64,000 bases of DNA from an uncultured Planctomycetota bacterium. GTDB lineage: Bacteria; Planctomycetota; Planctomycetia; Gemmatales; Gemmataceae. How positions within the stretch are numbered: the first letter of the stretch is position 1; each line of letters begins with the position of its first letter. A program made the position numbers and the translations under genes. Below the pieces are notes generated by a model. It was not told the origin of the DNA. It did not search any database and saw only the letters and a list, made by a program, of their open reading frames with translations. The stretch spans positions 8,853-72,852 of the forward strand of contig CAWATZ010000006.1 in assembly GCA_963784995.1 (NCBI GenBank). Direction: 5' to 3'. This document shows, one piece after another, positions 46,420-54,691 of the stretch.

Positions 46420-47230
46420 TGTCCCCTCCCGCCCCGGTTTCCTGCTGTACGAGCTGGGCCTGCCCCTGGAGCAGCCCTTGCAGGTCCGCTGCGAACACCT
46501 GCAACTGGGTCTTCGCCACGCCTCCCAGACGGGCCGTACTGATGTTGCAAGTGAACTGCGTCAGCTCGCGGTTCACCTGACCGGCAACAAATTGACCGAG
46601 CCGGTATAGCCCCAGGTAGTTCCCGTACCCCTTCTCGAAGAGGAACTGGATTGGGTAGGAGGCATTGATGGCCAGCCCACCCCGGTCGAGCGGGGTAAAG
46701 GTGACATGGTGCAGACAAGGGAAGCCGCGGCGACGTTGTCGGGTGTGGTCCCTGGCGGGGTCGAACACGTTCGCCACAAAGGCCGTTGGGCGGCGGACGC
46801 CCTCCCCCCAGATCCGGATCAGGTGCTCAATCTGGTTACCATCTACGGGGCGGTCGCCTCCGAAGGCGATCATTCGCTCGAAGTACTGCCCGTTCCGATT
46901 TTCACGCCGCCGGAGCAGCCTGGGCAGCATCCGCTGATACCTGCCATACAGGGCGTGCCGGTCGCTGCTCCGTTCCCAGAGATTGCTGGGGAAGATGGTG
47001 TTGGCGACCGTGTGGCACTCGTACAGGCCAAGCCGCACAAGCTCTTGGTCCAGGCGGTTCCGGATGCTCGCGACCTCAGCCGGCACGCCGTCCTCCATAC
47101 CGGTAATCTCGATGAACAGCGGGGAGATCCCATTCACGCCCCGCCGCATGAGAGCCAGGAAAGCCCTGGCCCACGCGATGCTCAGGTTGGACTCACGGAT
47201 CAAGGGCATCATCGTCCTCCTCTGGCTCAT
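46403..47230 (-). CDS. thymidylate-synthase-fold protein (ThyA / dNMP hydroxymethylase superfamily), divergent
   Basis: DGNQIEHLI, RRPTAFVANVFD and RRRGFPCLHHVTF align with ThyA DGRHIDQI / SRRIIVSAWN / LAPCHAFFQFYV, including the catalytic Cys. Weak overall similarity. Confidence 0.5.
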   Translation of the reverse strand: MSQRRTMMPLIRESNLSIAWARAFLALMRRGVNGISPLFIEITGMEDGVPAEVASIRNRLDQELVRLGLYECHTVANTIFPSNLWERSSDRHALYGRYQRMLPRLLRRRENRNGQYFERMIAFGGDRPVDGNQIEHLIRIWGEGVRRPTAFVANVFDPARDHTRQRRRGFPCLHHVTFTPLDRGGLAINASYPIQFLFEKGYGNYLGLYRLGQFVAGQVNRELTQFTCNISTARLGGVAKTQLQVFAADLQGLLQGQAQLVQQETGAGGDNGNAG

Positions 47231-48068
47231 GTCGGAATCGCGCCCTGCCGGCGAAGCCCTGCCGCGACACGCGAACGAAGCTGGCCCAGCCGGTTTCGGG
47301 GTTCAGCAGCCGCCCCCGGCCCGGCTTTCTGCCCCGGAAGATCCTGTCGAACAGGAAGCTGGTGTCGATCATCACACAGGCCCCTTCGTGGACGACACCT
47401 GGCGGGCACAGGATCGCGTCCCCAGCCTGGATGTCGATGGCACGGTCCAGCCAGTTGTCGCCCGCCACGACGAGGTGATGTGGGCAGTCGGCCCCCAGCA
47501 GACCCGACTTGATCGTCCTGGGTGCCACCTTCTGAAGGGCCAGGGCACGGGTGCGTTCGAGCAGGCGGAGGTTGAGCCACACGTGGGTGACGAGGGCTTC
47601 GTAGCCCACGCCCAGCCAGGTAGCCACCTCGTAAACCTGCTCAGCCGTCGCGTCTCCCGGAGAACATCCGCGTAGCTCGAAACCCCGAACCACGGCCGGT
47701 CTGGGCATGAGCAGGAAGCCGCTGAAACACTCGGCCAGGAACTCCTCCTCGCTGTCTTCCTGTCGCTCGCTGTCATGCACCTCGTCGATCCTGGAGCCGT
47801 GACCATAGACATGGTGTCCCAGCTCATGGCCGCCGGTATAAGCCTGCCGCCCCGGCGGTCGCAGGCTCGAGATGACCATGCTGGGGCCGGGAGTCTTGAC
47901 GTACGTGCCCTCCAGGCGGGGGATGGCTTTGAACCAGACATCGACCCCCATCCCCTCCGCGAGATCGTAGACGCAGAGGGGCACGTCAAGGCCGAGCCCG
48001 GCATCACGGCGGACGCGACATGCACGAGTCAGGGCGTCCCTGGCCAACCGCCGCTTGTCGAGGGTCAT
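47193..48068 (-). CDS. ImmA/IrrE-family metallopeptidase (DUF955) with C-terminal extension
   Basis: HELGHHVYGH HExxH motif. 4-bp overlap with the XRE gene. Confidence 0.75.
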   Translation of the reverse strand: MTLDKRRLARDALTRACRVRRDAGLGLDVPLCVYDLAEGMGVDVWFKAIPRLEGTYVKTPGPSMVISSLRPPGRQAYTGGHELGHHVYGHGSRIDEVHDSERQEDSEEEFLAECFSGFLLMPRPAVVRGFELRGCSPGDATAEQVYEVATWLGVGYEALVTHVWLNLRLLERTRALALQKVAPRTIKSGLLGADCPHHLVVAGDNWLDRAIDIQAGDAILCPPGVVHEGACVMIDTSFLFDRIFRGRKPGRGRLLNPETGWASFVRVSRQGFAGRARFRHEPEEDDDALDP

Positions 48069-48412
48069 CCCTCCTCCTTCCGCTTGAGGCTTGCAAGGAG
48101 CTGCATCAGCTGGTCAAGGTCTTCCTGCCTCATGGTACTCAGCTTGCGGGCTGCCATCTCATAGCGGACTCGGCTCATGTCGCCGGCATCACCATCGAGC
48201 AGCCAGGCAACGCTCACGCCGTAGGTGTCGGCCAGCGTAGCCAGCTCCTCGGCGGAAACGCTCCGACGGCCAGCCTCCATCTCGGAGACCGACGGGCGGT
48301 GGAGCCCCAGTAATCGGGCGACCTGACCCTGCGTCAGGCCAGCCTGTTCGCGGGCAGCCTTGAGCCGGGAGGCGATTGCCATCCTCTTCTCGCTGGCGTC
48401 CACGGCAACCAA
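48065..48412 (-). CDS. XRE-family helix-turn-helix transcriptional regulator
   Basis: LTQGQVARLLGLHRPSVSEMEAGRR HTH. Confidence 0.8.
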   Translation of the reverse strand: MVAVDASEKRMAIASRLKAAREQAGLTQGQVARLLGLHRPSVSEMEAGRRSVSAEELATLADTYGVSVAWLLDGDAGDMSRVRYEMAARKLSTMRQEDLDQLMQLLASLKRKEEG

Positions 48413-48434
48413 TCCTCAATATGAGTGTAATAGT

Positions 48435-48456
48435 AATCTTACCGCTAGGTAAGATT
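48435..48456. promoter_or_regulatory. palindromic operator candidate aatcttacc-gcta-ggtaagatt in an AT-rich promoter region upstream of the XRE gene
   Basis: Perfect 9-bp inverted repeat 23-44 bp upstream of the XRE start. Confidence 0.45.
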
Positions 48457-48511
48457 ATCTTACACGAGGTGTAGGCAACAAGTCAAGGGCAATCGGCCGT
48501 CCTGGCCGAAC

Positions 48512-48616
48512 GTCTGGCCCGAGTAAGCTCCGTCCCTTTACGGAACCAGGGCGTTGAGATAGAATCATCCAGACACGGAGAGGTGCCGGAGCGGCCGATC
48601 GGGCCGGTCTCGAAAA
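48512..48616 (+). repeat. direct repeat Z (attR-like), partner of 33581-33685
   Basis: See repeat X. Confidence 0.7.
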
Positions 48617-48663
48617 CCGGTGTGGCAGCAATGCTACCGAGGGTTCGAATCCCTCCCTCTCCG
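48577..48663 (+). tRNA. tRNA-Ser (anticodon CGA), class II with long variable arm
   Basis: GGAGAGG acceptor. Anticodon stem-loop CCGGT-CTCGAAA-ACCGG. Variable arm TGTGGCAGCAATGCTACC. T-arm GAGGGTTCGAATCCCTC. 3' CCTCTCCG. No encoded CCA. Confidence 0.9.
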
Positions 48664-48695
48664 CTTTTTCCACACCGGCGGCTAATCTCCGCTCG

Positions 48696-48826
48696 CCCTT
48701 TCTTCCGAACGCTCCAAAAGAGCGGCAGCGACTGCCCGTCCGTCAGCGCCGTGGGCCGGCCCTGGTGGTTCTCCGCGACTGCGTCCAGGAGAATGTCCAG
48801 CGCCTGAAAGATGGTCGCGTGCAAGT
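48696..48826 (-). pseudogene. orphan, about 85% identical copy of the 3'-terminal about 130 bp of the DUF1501 gene (stop codon mutated TAG to TGG)
   Basis: Aligns to 51117-51246. Encodes HATIFQALDILLDAVAENHQGRPTALTDGQSLPLF versus the intact gene's HATIFQALGIPLDAAAEDHQGRPVALTDGRPLPLF*. Confidence 0.65.
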
Positions 48827-48948
48827 GTGAAAGGGGACTCATGTATTTTCACAAACCGATGTAAATAGATGACCAACCTAGACGACAAGCGGATGTACGA
48901 GGTGCTGGAGTACCTTGAGCGTGGACGGCGCTGAGCTGTGGATGCGAC

Positions 48949-49890
48949 TCAGAACGGGATTTCGGACTCGTCAGATGGCTTCGGCGCCTGGCACCCTTGT
49001 GCCGAGGACGGAGTAAACCCCAATGCGGGTGCCAGTGTCCCTTCGCGGAGGTATCTCGCGTAGCGCCGGTATTGATACGCTAGATTCGAGTTGATGATAA
49101 TCTGGCACCACTCGCGGAGGTTGTCGCTCAGTTCCGAGTTACCGCAAATCGTGGACAAAGACGGCACACCGTCCATCAGGAGGGCGGCAAGCTCGTTATA
49201 GAGGTCAGCTCTTCCGGAGCCTCGAACAGACCTGGCATAAATGGCGAACCGGCCCTTGTGCTGCTGCTTCGACTTGTTCACGAGGTCCAGGAGCGATTCC
49301 TTGGGAAACACATACGGGTCAATGATAGCCCGCTCCACATGACTTATGGAGAGCCTTCCGGATGTGACCGTACAACTTACCTCAGGGTCGGCAGCCTGCG
49401 GGTACTTCTCTTGCAGTTTTGCCCTGAACTTGGTGAACGTGCTTTTCGGATACCCCTCCTCGGCTGGGTGTTCAAAAAGAAAATCGACCTCTTCTATCGT
49501 TTTCAACGCCTCCGAGTCCCGTCTGAAACCCGCTGCGCCGGCAGATCGCAAGCAGACCGCGACATCAGTAGCCTCCAAGAGCGCCTCCGGGCGTAGCTGT
49601 AGTGCAATCGGCCCGTATGGATTGGGAACGCCCTTGCCGCCGTTTGCAAACGTGCGGCCAAAATCAGACAGGTTCACGAATACCTTGTCCCACACGCAGT
49701 TGGTGTGGTCCGTCCCATCCGTCTCGAAGGCCGTGAAATGCTGTTTGCCCACTTCCAGGCAGGCCCGCGATGGAATCCCGCCGACTGCCAAATATGACGA
49801 AAAATCTGCGAGTTGGCAGGCGTGATAAAGCGACGCACGCCGGCTTGTCAGCAGGTTTACGAGCTTGGCAATCTGTCCCTCTCGGATCAT
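48949..49890 (-). CDS. hypothetical protein (lower GC)
   Basis: 313-aa ORF with protein-like composition. GC about 55%. Confidence 0.5.
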   Translation of the reverse strand: MIREGQIAKLVNLLTSRRASLYHACQLADFSSYLAVGGIPSRACLEVGKQHFTAFETDGTDHTNCVWDKVFVNLSDFGRTFANGGKGVPNPYGPIALQLRPEALLEATDVAVCLRSAGAAGFRRDSEALKTIEEVDFLFEHPAEEGYPKSTFTKFRAKLQEKYPQAADPEVSCTVTSGRLSISHVERAIIDPYVFPKESLLDLVNKSKQQHKGRFAIYARSVRGSGRADLYNELAALLMDGVPSLSTICGNSELSDNLREWCQIIINSNLAYQYRRYARYLREGTLAPALGFTPSSAQGCQAPKPSDESEIPF

Positions 49891-49926
49891 GTTGCCGTTC
49901 TCAGGGCGGGTTCGGAGATAAGGATG

Positions 49927-50826
49927 TCACAAGGTCCGGGGGACGACCTGTAACCCGCAGACTTCAGTCTCCAGATGTTGCCGCAGGGCCGTTGCCTCTG
50001 TACTCAGCAGTTCTGCAACAAGAGGCCGAAGGGTCTGCCACAGAGTTTGGGCCGTCTCTGGCGTAAGACCCACTTGCTTGAGCCGCCACCGAGTTTCTCG
50101 CTCCCACCAATAGGAAGGCGAACTGTCGTTGGCGAGGGCACTCTCGCAGTAGAAACTCACCCACATTACTTGGCGTACTGGCAGCTTCAACCTCTTTGCG
50201 ACCTCCCGCAGAGCCGTCTTGCCGGCAGGGGTATGCTTATCCAGGGCGACCCAATAAGGTAACGCGCTATTGGTGGATTCGCTGCGGGATACTACGGGAA
50301 CGTCATGAGTGACGGCGAGGTAAGCCGCGGCCTGCATGAAGGCCCGGTCCCAAGGCCACCCCCCACCCTTGTAGGCTTTGTAGGCCGCGTCAACGAGCAT
50401 CCTCTGTTCGTCAGCCAACTCTCGCTTTAGCACCCAGGGCCAGAAATCTTTGGGCCTCTGAATCGCATTCAGCACGATCCGAATGTCTCGGTCTTCAGGG
50501 CATCCATCGAAGACCGTTTCGTCATCTTTCGAGAGAGCGTATGCCAGAGTTCCCAGCCCGGCTGCATCCTTAACCTTTACATGCCGGGCAACGCACCCCA
50601 GGGCCTCAACTGACTTCTCCGGGTCCGGCTTTTGGGGTAGCAGCCCACCCAGCGGCCAGCACTCCTCAAACGTGATGACGGCAGCTCTGCTCCTGAGCCA
50701 AGTGCCATCGCCGATCTCCCGAAGATGGGCGGCAACCTTGCCGATGAGGGCTTCTTCTCCGCGCCTTACCGCCTTCTGAAGCAGCGACCGGCATACCTGG
50801 TGCGTGTCGGCGCTTGGCTTTCTCAC
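49927..50826 (-). CDS. hypothetical protein (lower GC)
   Basis: GTG start with SD aaggag 6 nt upstream. Confidence 0.45.
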   Translation of the reverse strand: MRKPSADTHQVCRSLLQKAVRRGEEALIGKVAAHLREIGDGTWLRSRAAVITFEECWPLGGLLPQKPDPEKSVEALGCVARHVKVKDAAGLGTLAYALSKDDETVFDGCPEDRDIRIVLNAIQRPKDFWPWVLKRELADEQRMLVDAAYKAYKGGGWPWDRAFMQAAAYLAVTHDVPVVSRSESTNSALPYWVALDKHTPAGKTALREVAKRLKLPVRQVMWVSFYCESALANDSSPSYWWERETRWRLKQVGLTPETAQTLWQTLRPLVAELLSTEATALRQHLETEVCGLQVVPRTL

Positions 50827-51134
50827 GGTTACTCCTTCTGCCCTTGGTAGAGTTAGCGGGCAATGCGAAGCCAGCCGCCGGTTCAAGCTGACCTGGACTT
50901 TACGGTGCGCTGACTTGCAGTTCAACGACAAACAGCGATTTTTGTCTACAGGCCAACAATACAAGTGTATAGAAAGTCAGAAAGCCGAAGAAGCCCAGCA
51001 GCCAGATGAGACTCCTCAACCGTCCGACAGCACGATTCTGCCGGTGCGCTGGAGGGAATGCGGGCGGTTGGGTCGGGAACGCAATTGGTTCCCAGATGGC
51101 GGCTACCCCTCACCCACCCTTTCTTCCCAGCGCG

Positions 51135-52535
51135 CTAAAAGAGCGGTAACGGCCGGCCGTCCGTCAGCGCCACAGGCCGCCCCTGGTGGTCCTCCGCGGC
51201 TGCGTCCAGGGGAATGCCCAGCGCCTGAAAGATGGTCGCGTGCAGGTCGTTGGGACCACAGGGATGCTCGTGGGGATAGGCCCCGATGCGGTCCGAGCTG
51301 CCGTACACCTGCCCGCCGCGAATGCCGCCACCCGCCAGGGCCACCGAATAACAGTACGGATAGTGGTTGCGGCCCGTGCCCATGATCTTCGGCGTGCGGC
51401 CGAATTCCGTGAGCCAGACCACCAGCGTCTGGTCCAGCAAACCGCGCGCGGCCAGGTCGTCGAGCAGGGCGGCGCTGGCCTGCTCCAGCGGCGGCAGCAG
51501 GTCCCGTTTCAGCCGATTGAAGTTGTCGCCGTGCGTGTCCCAGTGATCGCCGGCGGAGCCGTTGAGGTCGCCCGCGGCACAGATCACGGTCACCAGCGGC
51601 ACCCCCGCTTCCACCAGCCGGCGGGCCAGCAGCACGCTGGTGCCGCACACGTGGTCGCCGTACCGGTCCCGGACCCGGGGGTCTTCGCGGTCCAGGTCCA
51701 GAGTGGCCCGCACCCTGGGACTGAGCAGCAGGTCCAGGGCCCGCTCCTGGAAGTGCTGATAGCCGCGAACGATGGGGAGGTCGGGCAGCGGCTTTTCGAG
51801 GCTCTGCACCAGGGCCGCGCGGTCGCGGATGCGGTTACTGTCCACGTCCGGGGCCGGCTTGAGGACCAGGGCGCCCAGGTCGCGGGAGACGCCGCCGTAG
51901 GGCCGGCCGCGGTCGGGCCGGAGCAGCAGCGGTGCGTACGCCTGACCGAGCCAGCCGGGACCATCGCCGGCCTGCAAGGTGTTGTTATCGACCAGCGGAT
52001 AGGGGAGCTGCACCGCACCCGGCAGGCCCCGCGGCGGCCGGCGCAGCCGGGCGACCATCGAGCCGAGATTGGGCCAGTCCTGTACCGACGGCGCCAGGTT
52101 CGCCGCCACCTCGGGCTGCGGAGGCGGATGGCCCGTGAGGTTCCAATACATCCCCTTGCCGTGAGCCGAGCACTGGTGGTGGATCGAGCGAATGACGGCC
52201 AGCCGGTGCATTTGCCGGGCCAGCAGAGGCATGTGCTCGCCGACGCGAATCCCGGGAACGGAGGTGGCGATGGGCTTGAACTCCCCGCGCACCTCGGCCG
52301 GGGCATCGGGTTTGGGGTCCCAGGTGTCCACGTGGCTGGTTCCTCCCCAGCAAAACAGCACGATGCACGACCGGGCCTTGCCGATTCCGCCCGCCCGGCC
52401 GGTGCTGCCAGCCGCCCGACTGTGCAGCGCCAGGAACTCGGGCAACGACAGGCCCAGCAAGCCAAGACGCAGCAGTCCGCGGCGGCTGAGCGTGTTGTCC
52501 CGGAGTGATTCGGCATTTCGCAGCTTCGACGTCAT
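51135..52535 (-). CDS. DUF1501 domain protein (sulfatase-like, Tat signal)
   Basis: Tat signal SRRGLLRLGLLGL. CWGGTSHVDTWDPKP. C-terminal GPNDLHATIFQALGIP. Confidence 0.85.
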   Translation of the reverse strand: MTSKLRNAESLRDNTLSRRGLLRLGLLGLSLPEFLALHSRAAGSTGRAGGIGKARSCIVLFCWGGTSHVDTWDPKPDAPAEVRGEFKPIATSVPGIRVGEHMPLLARQMHRLAVIRSIHHQCSAHGKGMYWNLTGHPPPQPEVAANLAPSVQDWPNLGSMVARLRRPPRGLPGAVQLPYPLVDNNTLQAGDGPGWLGQAYAPLLLRPDRGRPYGGVSRDLGALVLKPAPDVDSNRIRDRAALVQSLEKPLPDLPIVRGYQHFQERALDLLLSPRVRATLDLDREDPRVRDRYGDHVCGTSVLLARRLVEAGVPLVTVICAAGDLNGSAGDHWDTHGDNFNRLKRDLLPPLEQASAALLDDLAARGLLDQTLVVWLTEFGRTPKIMGTGRNHYPYCYSVALAGGGIRGGQVYGSSDRIGAYPHEHPCGPNDLHATIFQALGIPLDAAAEDHQGRPVALTDGRPLPLF

Positions 52536-52741
52536 CGTCTCGCCCCCTTCAAACCGTGAACAGCGCTGCCAGTCCATTGTGCTGGAGTGCCTGGAGGTTT
52601 CGCTTCCGAAAAGTCTAGAATATCTCAGTGGCCGGGAGAAGAGCCAGGGAAATTATCCCGAGTTCTGGGTCCTGCCCGCTCATCCTCCCGAAGAAAGAGT
52701 CCGCGAGCAAACCGGAACACGAGTGATTGGTGCCGTGAGCC

Positions 52742-53821
52742 ATGACAAGAACCAGCACGCAACCGGGCCTCGACCCCCTGAGCCAGCTGATCGCCGAGGC
52801 AGTTCAGCAGCCCGACCCTGTCCTTTCTAACCTTCAGGTAACGTACGCCCATTACCAGCTTTCTCTGGCGCTGCAGCAAGTCGTTGGCCCTGAAGGGGGC
52901 GCCAATTTCCACACCTGGGCCACGTGGGGATCGCGCAAGGCCGGCGTGACCATCCGCCAGGAAGGACTGGAGCGGGCCCTGCGGGAAGTGACCCTTCTCT
53001 CCTCCTGCACTGGCATGGCGGCTGGCTTGCTGCTGGGATTGGTCCTGTGGCGCTGGCTGCCGTGGTGGATCGTGCCGGGGCTGTCCGGCGTGGGGGCGGC
53101 CTGTGCGGCCTGGACAGGCCGACGGTGGCTGATCCTGGGCAGACGCCGGGCTGCCGAGTGCATGCTGGCCGGCAACCGGACTGTACTCGAAGACATCGGC
53201 GGCCAGACGGCCCGCTTTATTGCCTGGTTTCACCAGGCCAGGGGGCCTGACCCTGCCTCGTTCGCTCGCTTCCTGGAAGGCTTTCGAGGCGGCAAGACCG
53301 AGGAGGGAGGACAGGACCTGCTGCGGCGGGCGTTCACCCACTATCACCGGGCCGCTTTGACTGACTCCGTACAGGTCAAGCAGCAGGCCGTCTTTCTGGC
53401 CAACTGTCTGGCCATCCTGCACGAACACGTACGTTTACAGCCTTACATTGCTGGCGCCCTGCCCTGGATCGTGCGGCGCTGCGTCACCTGCCGGCTGCTT
53501 CGTTACGACGTCGGACCGCTGCGCCTGGCCGTGGGCGACGACGTGCCCAGCCTGGCCGGCCTGGATTATCCCGAATCGCTGCGGACGCTGACCGACCCGG
53601 AGCTGGTGGAGCTGCTGTTCGGCCGTGACGGCCTGGACCGTGGCGGCAACACCCTGGCTGGGACTGGAAGCAGCGACTGGACCCGTCTGGACCAGCGCAT
53701 GAGATACGTGGTCAATCTCTTCCGCGCACTGCACCTGCACCCGGACGTGTTCACGGCCCCGTATACGGCCAGCCAGTTCGAGCAGATTCGCGCCGGTCAG
53801 GTCCCACCAGGCCCGTTGTGA
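52742..53821 (+). CDS. hypothetical membrane protein
   Basis: 359-aa ORF with 2 TM helices. Divergent from the DUF1501 gene. Confidence 0.5.
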   Translation: MTRTSTQPGLDPLSQLIAEAVQQPDPVLSNLQVTYAHYQLSLALQQVVGPEGGANFHTWATWGSRKAGVTIRQEGLERALREVTLLSSCTGMAAGLLLGLVLWRWLPWWIVPGLSGVGAACAAWTGRRWLILGRRRAAECMLAGNRTVLEDIGGQTARFIAWFHQARGPDPASFARFLEGFRGGKTEEGGQDLLRRAFTHYHRAALTDSVQVKQQAVFLANCLAILHEHVRLQPYIAGALPWIVRRCVTCRLLRYDVGPLRLAVGDDVPSLAGLDYPESLRTLTDPELVELLFGRDGLDRGGNTLAGTGSSDWTRLDQRMRYVVNLFRALHLHPDVFTAPYTASQFEQIRAGQVPPGPL

Positions 53822-53878
53822 TGGCACGGCACGTCGTCGGCTGTCGCGATCAAGGCAAGCAAGACTGAACCAAGCGGA

Positions 53879-54655
53879 TTAAATGTCGTTGGTCTTGCTA
53901 ATGCGCGGAGCGATCAACCCAAGGAATGCGCGCACGTTCGGAATTCGAGCCACCTCGACTAAAACCCAGTTATTATTAACTCCGGCTTTCGATATTTTGA
54001 CAAACCCATTCTCCACCTTCAGTTGACCTACTTCACCCCAAGGAAGCTCTTCTTGCCGATAGCCCAGGCCGGTGGGGTTAAGCGTAAAGTCCCCAAACGC
54101 TACTGTCTCGCCTCGTGCCAAAGCTTGTTGTAAAACCGGGAACCTGCGGCTCGTGACCTCTTGCTGAATTGTCTCCCCTAAGACCGCCATGTCGCGGAGA
54201 GGCCCTTTCACGATCACACTTTCCCCGTCGTAGCGGCGGAGAGTAAACCGCTCTTCGCTGTGGTTGTATGAGCCATTGATGAACACGTGCTTCACGTCCT
54301 CGGTGACTGACTCAATGTCGTCCCATCGGCAGGCAGTCGCCTGACTACCCACAATAACGACCAATCCATCCCGAAACACCAACACGCGCCGGCGCATCCT
54401 GAAGAGAGCGACTACCATCCCCACTACAAAAAACGAACAAAGTACTCCAACAATAATCAGAAAAGCCGTTCGATCACTATTGGCTGGCATCTTTCGAGCT
54501 GCCAAAGGCGTCAAAACAGCAAAGATCAACAGCAAGAGGAGCGGATACACCAAGCCGGTGCGTGTATGCCAAGAGGCGCCGCCCGCGTGTTCTGCTACAA
54601 GGGGACCGAGAGATTGCGTCACATCAGGTAGATCGTTCACCGATGGCGTGGCCAC
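53879..54655 (-). CDS. hypothetical membrane protein, low-GC (about 48%) singleton
   Basis: Two N-terminal TM helices followed by a soluble domain. Confidence 0.55.
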   Translation of the reverse strand: MATPSVNDLPDVTQSLGPLVAEHAGGASWHTRTGLVYPLLLLLIFAVLTPLAARKMPANSDRTAFLIIVGVLCSFFVVGMVVALFRMRRRVLVFRDGLVVIVGSQATACRWDDIESVTEDVKHVFINGSYNHSEERFTLRRYDGESVIVKGPLRDMAVLGETIQQEVTSRRFPVLQQALARGETVAFGDFTLNPTGLGYRQEELPWGEVGQLKVENGFVKISKAGVNNNWVLVEVARIPNVRAFLGLIAPRISKTNDI

Positions 54656-54691
54656 GTGCGTTACCTTGTTGGGTTCAGAAGGCCTCTGATG

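Noticed and set aside
33690-48500. Searched the island for a tyrosine or serine integrase, transposase or relaxase
   Set aside because: No ORF with R...HxxR...Y, DDE or serine-recombinase motifs was found. The island is therefore called on the basis of repeats and composition only, not a complete mobile element.
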